From Victivallales bacterium (GTDB taxonomy: Bacteria > Verrucomicrobiota > Lentisphaeria > Victivallales > UBA1829), in contig JBGUKB010000078.1 of assembly GCA_045114235.1 (NCBI GenBank), forward strand, positions 1,200 through 65,199: DNA of 64,000 nucleotides, written 5' to 3'. Below the pieces are notes generated by a model. The model saw nothing but the letters and a program-made list of their open reading frames with translations. It searched no databases and was not told the DNA's origin. Shown piece after piece: positions 30,593-40,700 of this stretch. The position numbers and the translations under genes are program-made. The stretch's first letter is position 1. Each line of letters begins with the position of its first letter.

Positions 30593-30629
30593 GCGGACGG
30601 CGGTCCGCCTGAGCGGACCAATTGACGAA

Positions 30630-30667
30630 GCCTGTCCCGGCGCGACTGTCCGGGGCAGGCTTTCTTT
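30630..30667 (+). terminator. Rho-independent terminator
   Basis: GCCTGTCCCGG-CGCGACTGT-CCGGGGCAGGC followed by TTTCTTT. Confidence 0.6.
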
Positions 30668-30718
30668 CCCGAAAGAAATACAAATCTGAATATAGACAAA
30701 AAGCAAGGCGCAGGCTCC

Positions 30719-31069
30719 ATGGCATCCGGCAAAGACTATCTGACATTTGTCCTGGACCAGCTTTCCGGGCTGAACGGGATCACGTATCGCGGGATGATGG
30801 GCGAATACATCCTGTATTTCCGCGGCAGGATCGCCGGGGGCATCTACGACGATCGCCTGCTCGTCAAGCCGGTCCCCGCCGCGCTGGAACTCATGCCCGA
30901 CGCGCCCCGCGAGCTGCCCTACCCCGGAGCAAAGGAAATGCTGCTGGTCGAGGACGTCGACAACGGGGATTTTCTCCGGGAGCTGTTCCGCGCCATGTAC
31001 GACCAGCTCCGACCTCCGAAAGATACATCGAATCGAAAAAGAAAGATGCGAAAAACGGAATCGGATTGA
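30719..31069 (+). CDS. TfoX/Sxy N-terminal-domain protein
   Basis: MMGEYILYFRGRIAGGIYDDRLLVK is characteristic of the TfoX N-terminal domain. Confidence 0.75.
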   Translation: MASGKDYLTFVLDQLSGLNGITYRGMMGEYILYFRGRIAGGIYDDRLLVKPVPAALELMPDAPRELPYPGAKEMLLVEDVDNGDFLRELFRAMYDQLRPPKDTSNRKRKMRKTESD

Positions 31070-31251
31070 GGATAAAAGAATACCACGCATCAAAAAAAGA
31101 AAAGATTTTTTATTCGGAATATACAATATTTCGTACCATCGAAACGTTATTGAAATAGAACGAGGCGGTCCGGACACACCGGAACCATGATCCCGGACGC
31201 TTTCACAAGTTGAAACAAGACGGTCAGAACGACAGAAAGGAACCCCCGGCT

Positions 31252-32997
31252 ATGAAAAACTGCACAGCATTCTTTCTCGCGGCATTGATGATTCCGGCAA
31301 CGGCACTTTACGCACAGGGACGCGGCGGACGTCCCGCAGGAGGCGGAGGCCGACCCGGAGGACAACCCGGCGGCGGACGCCCCGGATCCGTCGTCGCACC
31401 CGGCCAGCCCGGCGGACGCCCTGCAGGCGCGGTCCCCGGCGAACGTCGTCTCGGCGGCGCTGTCGTCATCCCGGGCGGACGTCCCGCGGGGGGACCGGTC
31501 AATCCTCCCCAGCCGCCCCCTCCCCCGACAGGCGGCCCGGTGGTCGTCAGTCCCGAATTCTTCGATCCGCTGCTGCCCGGCTACGGCTATTACGGATACG
31601 GATACAGAAGCGGCCGCGTGATCGTGGTCCCGCGCACGACCGTCATTGTCACGGAACCGGACGTGGTCCAGCAGGAAGTCGTGGTCGTGCCCGCCGAGAC
31701 CGCAACGGAAGCCAAGCCCGCGGTCGAAGTGAAAACCGAGGAAAAGCCCGCGCTTCAGGCCGCTCCGGTGAAAGCGGGCGATTTCCAGTTGGTGCTGATC
31801 GAGGACGACTCGGAGGACGCCACGCCCGCCGTCTGCTACAAGGCCGGCGAGGAAATGAAGTTCACGTTCTCCGTGAACAAGCTCGCACAGAATCCCGTCG
31901 AAGGCAAGCTCTTCCTGAAGTGGAAGCGTTCCGGCGACGACGGCAAGGTCGAACAGGGCCGCAACGAGATTTCGGCGGACCAGGCGCTTACGCTCGCCAC
32001 GACCATCGACAAGCCCGGATTCGTCCGCATCGAGGCTTCGCTCGAGGACGAGGCGGGACATGACCTGAAGAGCAAGTTCGACGGCGGCGCTGGCGCGGAG
32101 ATCGAGAAGCTCAAGCAGGCCGTGCCGGAACCCGAGGACTTCGACGAATTCTGGACGAAGCAGAAGCAGGAGCTCGCCGCCGTGGCAGCCACGCCCGAAC
32201 TCAAGAAGATCAAGGCGAAGCAGGACGGATTCGATGCCTACGAGGTCAAGGTGCCGTGCACCGGGCCGCGTCCCGTGACCGGCTACCTCATCATCCCGGC
32301 CGGCGCGGAGCCGAAATCCCTACCCGCGAAGGTGCATTTCCAGGCGTACGGCGTGCGCGACCAGGCGGTCCCGGACGGCGTGCCGGGCACGGTCTACTTC
32401 GACGTCAACGCGCACGGGATCGAGCTGAGCCAGCCGAAATCCTACTACGACGGCATCCGCGCCCGGCTCGGCCACTACGCCTACGACAACGCCGAAAACA
32501 AGACCCCGGACACCTCCTATTTCCGCTACATGGCGGCACGCGCGATCCGCGCGTTCGACTTCGTCAAGACGGTGGCGGCGTGGAACGGCAAGGACCTCGG
32601 CGTGATCGGCTACAGCCAAGGCGGGCTTCAGGCGGCATGGGCCGCCGGACTCGTCCCGGAGATCACCCACGCCGAGATCGGCATGCCGTGGTGCTCCGAC
32701 ATCGGCTGCGCCAAGGCGGGCCGTCAGCGCGGCACCTGCCCGGACTACCAGCCCGGCCTCGACTACTACGACCCCGTGAACCACATCAAGCGCGCCCCCG
32801 AAACCTGCCTGGTCGACATCGTGCGCGCCGGGCTCGGCGATTACGTCGCGCAGCCCTCCGGCGTCGCCGTGCTCTTCAACAACGCCCCCGGCAAAAAGCG
32901 CGTGATCTACTACCAGAACTGCGCCCACGCCGAGCCGAACGCCCTCTCCACGCCGATCGTCATGCGCACGGAGGACTGGCCGGAAGACGCCAAGTAA
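31252..32997 (+). CDS. Acetyl xylan esterase (AXE1/CE7)-like serine esterase with an N-terminal Gly/Pro/Arg-rich low-complexity region
   Basis: Signal peptide MKNCTAFFLAALMIPATALYAQ, GYSQGG nucleophile elbow, AXE1-like C-terminal 320 aa. The track start at 31210 is a TTG. Confidence 0.75.
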   Translation: MKNCTAFFLAALMIPATALYAQGRGGRPAGGGGRPGGQPGGGRPGSVVAPGQPGGRPAGAVPGERRLGGAVVIPGGRPAGGPVNPPQPPPPPTGGPVVVSPEFFDPLLPGYGYYGYGYRSGRVIVVPRTTVIVTEPDVVQQEVVVVPAETATEAKPAVEVKTEEKPALQAAPVKAGDFQLVLIEDDSEDATPAVCYKAGEEMKFTFSVNKLAQNPVEGKLFLKWKRSGDDGKVEQGRNEISADQALTLATTIDKPGFVRIEASLEDEAGHDLKSKFDGGAGAEIEKLKQAVPEPEDFDEFWTKQKQELAAVAATPELKKIKAKQDGFDAYEVKVPCTGPRPVTGYLIIPAGAEPKSLPAKVHFQAYGVRDQAVPDGVPGTVYFDVNAHGIELSQPKSYYDGIRARLGHYAYDNAENKTPDTSYFRYMAARAIRAFDFVKTVAAWNGKDLGVIGYSQGGLQAAWAAGLVPEITHAEIGMPWCSDIGCAKAGRQRGTCPDYQPGLDYYDPVNHIKRAPETCLVDIVRAGLGDYVAQPSGVAVLFNNAPGKKRVIYYQNCAHAEPNALSTPIVMRTEDWPEDAK

Positions 32998-33106
32998 GCG
33001 CGAATCATCCGGCTTCCCTTTCAAGTTGAAGCCGAGGGGCCGGCGGATGCGAAGGATTGTCCGCCGGTCCGCCTGTCTGAACCGATTTTACCACAAGCGA
33101 AACGAT

Positions 33107-34615
33107 ATGGACTCCCGCACCTACATCGCGATCGACCTGAAATCGTTCTACGCCTCGGTGGAGTGCGTCGACCGGAAGCTCAACCCGCTCACGACGAACC
33201 TCGTGGTGGCGGACGAGAGCCGCACGGAAAAGACGATCTGCCTCGCCGTCTCGCCGTCGCTGAAGGCGTACGGGATTCCCGGCCGCGCACGGCTGTTCGA
33301 GGTCGTCCAGCGCGTCCGGGAGGTCAACGGCGAACGCCTTGACCGTTCGCCCGGGCATCGGTTCAAGGGCAAGTCCAGCAGCGCGCCCGACCTCGCGAAG
33401 AATCCGGCTCTTGAGCTCGGCTACATCGTCGCCGTCCCGCGCATGGGGCGTTACATGGAGGTCAGTTCGCACATCTACGGCGTCTATCTGCGGCACGTCG
33501 CCCCGGAGGACATCCACGTATACTCCATCGACGAAGTGTTCATCGACGCGACCGCGTACCTGAAGATGTACCGCCTCACGGCGCGCGAGTTCGCCATGAA
33601 GCTCGTCCGCGAGGTGCTCGCGGAGACCGGGATCACCGCCACAGCCGGGATCGGGACCAACCTCTACCTGAGCAAGATCGCCATGGACATCGTCGCCAAG
33701 CACATCCCGGCGGACCGGGATGGCGTACGCATCGCCGAACTGGACGAGCAGGCCTACCGCGAAACGCTCTGGACGCACCGTCCGCTCACCGATTTCTGGC
33801 GCGTCGGGCGCGGCTACGCCCGGCGGCTGGAGTCGCGCGGGATGCACACGATGGGCGACGTGGCGCGGATGTCGGTGAAAAATGAGGACGTGCTCTACCG
33901 CCTCTTCGGGATCAACGCCGAGCTCCTGATCGACCACGCGTGGGGCTGGGAACCCGTCACCATCGCCGAGATCAAGGCGTACCGCCCGGAGAACAACAGC
34001 CTCAGTTCCGGCCAGGTGCTGAAGGAGCCGTACGACTTCGAGAAGGCGAAGGTCGTGGCGAAGGAGATGACCGACATGCTCGCGCTCAGCCTCGTCGAGA
34101 AGCACCTCGTGACCGACCAGCTGATCCTGACCGTGGGGTACGACGTCGCGAACCTCGCCACGCCTGAGCTCCGCCGCAGGTACAAGGGCGAAATCCACAT
34201 CAACCATTACGGGCGCGAGGTTCCGAAGGAGGCGCACGGCTCCGTCAATTTCGGCAGGCACACGTCCTCGTCGCAACTCATGATCGAGGCGGCGGCCGCG
34301 ATCTTCGACCGGACGGTCGCCCCGAACCTGCTTGTGCGCCGCATCACCGTCGCCGCAAACCATATCCTGAGCGAACACGAAGCGAATCAACAGCCGTCCG
34401 AACCGGAACAGCCCGACCTCTTCACGGACGAAGCCGCGCTCGCAAAACGGCGGACCGAGGAGGAGGCGGGACGCAGCCGCGAGAAACGCCTCCAGCACGC
34501 CATCCTGGACATCAAGCACAAGCTCGGCAAGAACGCCATCCTGAAGGGCATGGATCTGCTGGACGGCGCGACCGCGAAAGAACGCAACCAGCAGGTCGGC
34601 GGGCACAGGGAATGA
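33107..34615 (+). CDS. Y-family (translesion) DNA polymerase
   Basis: N-terminus MDSRTYIAIDLKSFYASVEC, SIDEVFID catalytic motif. ATG at 33107 chosen over the track start at 33026. Confidence 0.85.
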   Translation: MDSRTYIAIDLKSFYASVECVDRKLNPLTTNLVVADESRTEKTICLAVSPSLKAYGIPGRARLFEVVQRVREVNGERLDRSPGHRFKGKSSSAPDLAKNPALELGYIVAVPRMGRYMEVSSHIYGVYLRHVAPEDIHVYSIDEVFIDATAYLKMYRLTAREFAMKLVREVLAETGITATAGIGTNLYLSKIAMDIVAKHIPADRDGVRIAELDEQAYRETLWTHRPLTDFWRVGRGYARRLESRGMHTMGDVARMSVKNEDVLYRLFGINAELLIDHAWGWEPVTIAEIKAYRPENNSLSSGQVLKEPYDFEKAKVVAKEMTDMLALSLVEKHLVTDQLILTVGYDVANLATPELRRRYKGEIHINHYGREVPKEAHGSVNFGRHTSSSQLMIEAAAAIFDRTVAPNLLVRRITVAANHILSEHEANQQPSEPEQPDLFTDEAALAKRRTEEEAGRSREKRLQHAILDIKHKLGKNAILKGMDLLDGATAKERNQQVGGHRE

Positions 34616-35055
34616 GGCAGGACATGGAAAAGCAACCCCATCCGTACGAAGACATCCTCCATCTGCCGCACCACGTTTCGAAGGAGCGGCCGCACATGCC
34701 CCTGCACGACCGCGCCGCGCAGTTCTCGCCGTTCGCCGCGCTCGTCGGCTACGAGGACGTCATCGACGAGACCGCCCGGCTGACAAGCCGGAAACGCGAG
34801 CTGGACGAGGCGGAAAAGGCCGAGCTTGACCGCCGCATCGCCATCCTGATCGCGCACCTCAAAGAGAAACCCGCCGTCACGGTCGAGCATTTCGTCCCGG
34901 ACACGCTCAAATCCGGCGGCGCGTACGAGTTCAAATCCGGCGCGCTCGTCAGGATCTCGCCCGTGCGGAAGACCCTGACTCTCGCCGACGGCACCGCGAT
35001 CCGCTTCGACGACGTCGCCGGGATCGAATCCGAGCTCTTCCAAGGAGAATTCTAG
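34612..35055 (+). CDS. YolD-like protein (partner of Y-family polymerases)
   Basis: MPLHDRAAQFSPFAALVGYED motif. The start overlaps the polymerase stop (ATGA). Confidence 0.7.
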   Translation: MRQDMEKQPHPYEDILHLPHHVSKERPHMPLHDRAAQFSPFAALVGYEDVIDETARLTSRKRELDEAEKAELDRRIAILIAHLKEKPAVTVEHFVPDTLKSGGAYEFKSGALVRISPVRKTLTLADGTAIRFDDVAGIESELFQGEF

Positions 35056-35070
35056 CCCCCTGCCCCGTAC

Positions 35071-35598
35071 ATGGAACCGATTATGGATTACGTTCACCAC
35101 TACCAATCGCCGCTCGGCTGGATCACGCTCGCTTCGGACGGAGCCGCGCTCGCCGGGCTATGGTTCGACGAACAACGTTTTTTCGCCGATTCGTTATCCC
35201 CGGATCACGCAGAAAAAACGCTCCCCGTCTTCGAACAGGCGAACCGCTGGCTCGACCTATATTTCAGCGGTCGCGATCCCGGATTCACGCCGCCGCTCGC
35301 GCTCCGCACGACGGAATTCCGGCAGGCGGTCTGCAAGATCATGCTGACCATCCCATACGGACGCACCATGACCTACGGCAGGATCGCGGAGATCGTCGCA
35401 CGTCAACGGGGCGTCCCGCGGATGTCGGCGCAGGCGGTCGGCGGCGCGGTCGGACACAATCCCGTTTCCCTGCTCGTCCCGTGCCACCGCGTCATCGGCG
35501 CAGGGAGCGCGCTCGTCGGATACGGCGGCGGACTCGACCGGAAAGCCGCGCTGCTCGAACTGGAACACGCCGACCTGTCGGGCGATTTCATTCCCTGA
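35071..35598 (+). CDS. ogt: Methylated-DNA--protein-cysteine methyltransferase (MGMT/Ogt)
   Basis: PCHRVIG active-site motif and the YGRIAE helix-turn-wing region. Confidence 0.9.
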   Translation: MEPIMDYVHHYQSPLGWITLASDGAALAGLWFDEQRFFADSLSPDHAEKTLPVFEQANRWLDLYFSGRDPGFTPPLALRTTEFRQAVCKIMLTIPYGRTMTYGRIAEIVARQRGVPRMSAQAVGGAVGHNPVSLLVPCHRVIGAGSALVGYGGGLDRKAALLELEHADLSGDFIP

Positions 35599-35658
35599 AA
35601 AAAACGCAGGCGAAAAAGGGAGCTCGGGCACCCCTCCGTCCTCTCCCCCCGGCGAACA

Positions 35659-36522
35659 TCAGGCGTTCGCCTTGTTCTTTTTCGCCTTTTCGGCGTCCCG
35701 TGCCTGTTTCCGGCGGATCCTTGCGGCAAGTTCCTCTTCCACGGCACGGCACAGCGTGTCCAGCTCAAACCGTTTGACCTTCGTAGCCTCAAGATAGACC
35801 TGCAGATGCGCGCGGCGTTCCTCCGCCGTGAACGGGTAGAACCGCAGGAATTCGCCGAGGTCCTGCACGATGCGCCGTTTCAGTCCCCGGCCCCACGCGC
35901 GGCGGCACCGGGCGACGTCGATCCAGCGGATTTCCAGCTGATTCCCCTCCGCGTCCGGCTCCGGCAGCCTGCGCCAGAGCTCGTTCATCGGCGTGAATCC
36001 GCCGTGGAAGAACCCGGCGTCGTGCAGGCGCGCGAGGAGGACGAAATTGCCGCGCGTGAATTCGTCGCGCAACGCCGTCTCGTGCGACAGCGACTCGAAG
36101 AAATGCCGTCCGTCCAGGAACCCGTCGGCGAACTCCGTGACGAGGAATGCGCTGCGGATGCGGAAAAAACCGCGGTCCTCGCCGACTGCGACCAGTTTCA
36201 CCAGCGGCAGCCCCACGTGCGCCAGCCGTTTGAACTTGTACGCCTCCTTGACCGCCTGCGTCCACGAAAACCCGTACGGCAGCCACCGGATATTCCTGCC
36301 GCACTTGTACGCCAGATCCAGCCCGGACGCCGTCTTCAGGCGCAGGACATATTTGTTTTTCGTCCGCCAGAGCACCTCCGAACCGGAACCGGGATCCGCG
36401 CCGGGCGGCCCGGCACGCAGGACATCGCGCAACCCGGCGGCGTCCCTGCGGATCCAGCACCACGGGCGCAACGGGGTCCATTCGAACCCGGTAAATCTGT
36501 CGGAGACCGTTTCTTTTCGCAT
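35659..36522 (-). CDS. Lipopolysaccharide-kinase (Kdo/WaaP/InaA) family-like protein. The catalytic-loop Asp is apparently replaced
   Basis: The overall pattern matches the LPS-kinase family (LVKLVAVGE, LVTEF, RLHDAGFFHGGFTPMNEL, IDVAR). The usual HxD..N reads HGGFTPMN here. Confidence 0.55.
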   Translation of the reverse strand: MRKETVSDRFTGFEWTPLRPWCWIRRDAAGLRDVLRAGPPGADPGSGSEVLWRTKNKYVLRLKTASGLDLAYKCGRNIRWLPYGFSWTQAVKEAYKFKRLAHVGLPLVKLVAVGEDRGFFRIRSAFLVTEFADGFLDGRHFFESLSHETALRDEFTRGNFVLLARLHDAGFFHGGFTPMNELWRRLPEPDAEGNQLEIRWIDVARCRRAWGRGLKRRIVQDLGEFLRFYPFTAEERRAHLQVYLEATKVKRFELDTLCRAVEEELAARIRRKQARDAEKAKKNKANA

Positions 36523-36687
36523 AAAGCTGTTAGGTTCCTATTATAATTCGCAAATTTTACACATGAGTAATGTACTCCATTTTCCCGTTTTTTCAAGTCC
36601 GGAACGACCTGATTTTTCTCCGCGGTTCACTCTGCCGGATTCAGGAGTATCCTCCTGACAGCGTTTGCTTGTATTTTCCTGTTTTCG

Positions 36688-36696
36688 TGCTACATT
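36688..36696 (+). promoter_or_regulatory. Candidate extended -10 promoter in the CRISPR leader (TGcTACATT)
   Basis: TG 36688-36689 and TACATT 36691-36696, about 29 nt upstream of the first repeat, in a comparatively AT-rich leader. Confidence 0.3.
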
Positions 36697-36724
36697 ATTT
36701 CCGGTGTTCTTTGAAAAGGAGTTT

Positions 36725-37749
36725 TCCCGAGCTTGTAGAGTTCAAACGGTACACTTGATTAACGATTCCTTTCTTAACGAGGCTTGCGAGGCTGGGGCTT
36801 GTAGAGTTCAAACGGTACACTTGATTAGATGCTTGTCGGTGGCGTGGAGTTTCAGAGCTGGGGCTTGTAGAGTTCAAACGGTACACTTGATTGATCGATG
36901 CCGGCGCTCCGGAGAGATGACGGCTGGGGCTTGTAGAGTTCAAACGGTACACTTGATTCCAATGCGCCGGGATAATCGGCATAAACCCGCTGGGGCTTGT
37001 AGAGTTCAAACGGTACACTTGATTTCTCCGCGGTTGTCCCTGCGAAAAACGAGGCTGGGGCTTGTAGAGTTCAAACGGTACACTTGATTCATGGGCGAAC
37101 TTTGCCACGTTTTCGAGAGGCTGGGGCTTGTAGAGTTCAAACGGTACACTTGATTCGACGTCTCCTGCTACAGAAAAAGCGACGGGCTGGGGCTTGTAGA
37201 GTTCAAACGGTACACTTGATTTCCGCGCTGCAGGGTATCCACCGCTACCGGCTGGGGCTTGTAGAGTTCAAACGGTACACTTGATTCATCCCGGATCGTT
37301 TTCCATCTACCCATAGGCTGGGGCTTGTAGAGTTCAAACGGTACACTTGATTTGCCGTTGTCCGCGCTGCGCAGGACGGCGGGCTGGGGCTTGTAGAGTT
37401 CAAACGGTACACTTGATTCAGGCGGCAGCGCACCGCAGGATCTCTCCGGCTGGGGCTTGTAGAGTTCAAACGGTACACTTGATTTGATCGGGAATCTTCC
37501 CGTGATGTGCGGCTGCTGGGGCTTGTAGAGTTCAAACGGTACACTTGATTGCCTCGTCTGGCACACCGTCGCGCAGCATGGCTGGGGCTTGTAGAGTTCA
37601 AACGGTACACTTGATTAAAGCGTGTTCGGACGGTGCGCCTCCATTTGCTGGGGCTTGTAGAGTTCAAACGGTACACTTGATTTTCCACGCGCGTCGAGGT
37701 AGATAATGTATTCGCTGGGACTTGTAGAGTCTAAACAGAATGACAAACG
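36725..37749 (+). CRISPR. CRISPR array of 16 repeats and 15 unique spacers. The repeat is GCTGGGGCTTGTAGAGTTCAAACGGTACACTTGATT (36 nt)
   Basis: Hand-mapped. Repeats start at 36725, 36791, 36857, 36923, 36989, 37054, 37120, 37186, 37251, 37317, 37383, 37449, 37515, 37581, 37647 and 37714. Spacers are 29-31 nt. The first repeat differs in its first 6 nt and the last repeat is degenerate in its 3' half. Orientation is assigned from tracrRNA complementarity. Confidence 0.97.
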
Positions 37750-37755
37750 ATGCGG

Positions 37756-40700
37756 TCAGTCGTTGGCACGCTGCAATTCTCCGAAGATGTTCATGCGGCA
37801 CTTCTGCAGATTTCCCTTAAAAGCGCTTGAAACGTAAAGACGGAACCAGAGTTTTGCCGCTTTCAACTCGTCCTTTTTCCTTGCCTCATTCAGGGGAACA
37901 ATATAAAACTCCGGCAGGGATATTCCCCTCACGATGCAGAGATATTCCTTTCCGTCCTTGTTCCACTTCACGATGTCGCCCTTTTTGAGGGAGAATTTGA
38001 ACTTGAGGCCGGGACGCTCCTTTTCGAAGACAGGCTGACCGTGTTTCACCAGCTGGACGGCGTCGAGCAGCGTGACGATCTCGCCGACCCATTTGACCTC
38101 CTCGCCCTTCTCATTCAGCACGGCGAAAATCGGCAGGACATAGTTGGAGCCGGTCTTGACGTTGCGGACGCCGTCTCCGGACCCGATCGTAATGGTTTTA
38201 AGGTTCTGTTTCACGCGCACCTTTTTGATCACGTTGACGGGGTTTCCTTCGGAATCGCGGAAAACAGGGAGATTCGCATCGTCGCAGAACATCTTGAGGT
38301 CGCTTTTGGACACATCCTCCGGCTTGGACCTGCCGAGTTTCTCCAGCACGAGCGCGCGGACGCGGGGATCGACGATCTTCGCGACGTCGCCCGGCTCGAT
38401 GCTGGCGAGGCTCACGCGGACATGGCGCTCCGTGCCGCCGAAATCCTTCCCATAGAATGTATCCTCATGCAGCGAGCCGCGGAGCTTGTTGACGACATGG
38501 TGGGAAACGGCGGCGGATTCGAGGCGCTGTTTCGCCTCGGAGTAGAGGGTCGAATCGATGATCGGAGTATTGGTTTCATGGAGTTTGCGGCGCTGTTCGG
38601 GCGACATGGACGCGATCTTCTGCACCATGCCCGGCGTGGTCAGGGCGATGGTCACGGCGTCGATGGCGTGGTGGCGGTGGTCTGTGCGGACTTTCTCGCC
38701 CTCGCCGAGCAGATCGTTCCCGCCCCAGGCGCGCCGGATCAGGGCGGTGGCGCCGCCGCTGGTCGCGAAGATGCGCCGTTTGCCGTCCTTATCGACCATG
38801 CCGCCGTAGAGCAGGCCGAGATACTGCATGGCGATGCGGCTGGCATAGCGCGTGTCATTCAGGTTGCGCTCCATGAAATCCTGTTCGTCGATCTTATCCC
38901 GTTTGAAAAGGTCGAGCTTGTAGGCGGCATACGGCCCTTTGAACTGCGCGACGCGGGCGAGGATCTGTTTGTACTGCTCGCCGGAGTATGCCTCGAACGG
39001 CGTGCGGTTGTTCTTCGCGCTGTTCGCGGAGGCGTCGCAGAGCGTCTTATTTCGGAACGAATCGTCGTAGGAACGCGAGTACGGGATGATGTGCTCGATG
39101 TGGATGTCCTTTCCATACAGAAGTTCACGAATATCTCGAATCTTCCGCCCTGTGTAGGGACAGACGAAATTGCATTCTTCGGCGAGCATCACCTTCAGGA
39201 TGTCGTTGCGCGACGGCTTTTCGATCCCGGCCTCCGCGAGGATGCGCTCGGCGATCTTCTGCCGCTCCTTTTCCCTCTGATTGTTCTGTCGGGTGATGGT
39301 CTCTTTCTGTTTGTTGGACGTCTTCAGGTCGCGCGCGAGCTCGATGCGGATGGCGTTCGGCTTGCCGTGGCGGGCGATGATCGCGTTCACGACCGTGCGC
39401 AGTTCCGTGATCACGCGGTGGACGAGCGGATTCCTGATTTCAATGCTGCAATCTTTGCTGTCGAAAACGGGGAGAAAATCGTGCGCCGCGCCGACCTGTT
39501 TCGGATAAAGGAGCTTTTTGATTGTCGGAAGGGGTTCTCCCGTTTCAAGACTGGGCAGCATCTCCCGGAGCGCGTGAAGCGAATACGCGCAGTAGGAATC
39601 CGGAAGCATGACCTTCATGGCGGTCTCGACCTGAAGCGGAGAAAGTTTCCAGTGTTCGCGGAGGCGTTTCTCCAGGACAGTGTCTTTTTCGATGGAGTCA
39701 AGGTCGTGGAAGAAAGCGTCCTGTTCGGCTGCAGGCATGGCGGCGGCCCTGTCCGCGCCGAAGACGCGCACGAGCGCCGCGTGGCGTTCGTTGCCGTAGA
39801 CGTCCTTACCCTCGTCGCCGAGCGTGAAGCTTTCCCCTTTGGCAAGTCCGATGACCTTTCCGAGATTCTTCAGCGTGATCGTGCCGCGGACAGTGAACTT
39901 ATCCGAATAGCCGTTCAGGAAGGCGACGGCCTTTCCGCGTTCTTCCTCGGTGAGCGGCCGCTCGGCGTCGCCCTTCCGCACGCGGAGATTGCTCACGGTC
40001 GTGTAGATGCGGAAGAGCTGGGCCTCCTCCTTCGCCATGGAGCAGCGGCGGTATTCGGGATAAATCTCGCATTTCCCGACGAGCCCTTTGCAGGATTTGA
40101 GCTTGTGTTGAAAGAAAATCGCCTCGTAAAGCTTTTTCTCCAAATCCGGGGAGACCAATGCGCGCTGCGCCTCGCAGATCTTGCGGAACTCGTCCTCGTA
40201 CATGGCGCGGTCCGTGTAGCGCTTGCGGATGCGCTCCTTGTTCGGGTCAATCGTGCAGAAATACTCGGCGATCGTCCGGGCGTGGGTCTGATCCATCTCG
40301 GATTTCAGTTTCGCGATGCCATCTTTCACCACGCCGGTTTCCTTGTCTTTCAAATCGAGCTTGCGGTTGCTCCGGTATCCGCGGCGCTGGGCGAAATGAT
40401 AGATCGCGCGTCCGAACTCTTCCTTCGTGAGCGGACGGTCGAGCGCGAGCTTGCGGTAGAGATACGGGGCGATATGGGCGGCGTGTTCGCGTTCGGCCTC
40501 GGGAAGCGTCTGCACAAGTTTCCGGTCGAGCGCGACGAAGAAATCCGGCGTGAAGGGGTCGGGGAGCATCCCGTTTTCCGTCAGGATGCGCTTCAGATCC
40601 TGCTTGCGGTCGCGACGGCGGCTGTACTGGCGGCGCAACGCCTTTTTCAGGCGGCGTTCTGCGGCACGCGAGGTGCCTTTTCCGCGGGAGATCGCTTCCA

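Noticed and set aside
32998-33106. Possible SOS/LexA box upstream of the Y-family polymerase
   Set aside because: No CTGT-N8-ACAG or GAAC-N4-GTTC type palindrome is present. CTGTCTGAACCGATTTTACCAC does not complete either consensus.
36611-36640. Partial similarity between the CRISPR leader (TTCTCCGCGGTTCACTCTGCC) and spacer 5 (TCTCCGCGGTTGTCCCTGCG)
   Set aside because: Only 11 contiguous identical nt. Matches of that length are expected by chance between 450 nt of spacers and 128 kb of two-strand sequence. This is not a protospacer.
36725-37749. Repeat-internal promoters, as in Neisseria and Campylobacter type II-C arrays
   Set aside because: The repeat 3' end (GGTACACTTGATT) contains only a weak -10-like TACACT with no TG extension. 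That is not enough evidence from sequence alone, so a leader promoter is proposed instead.
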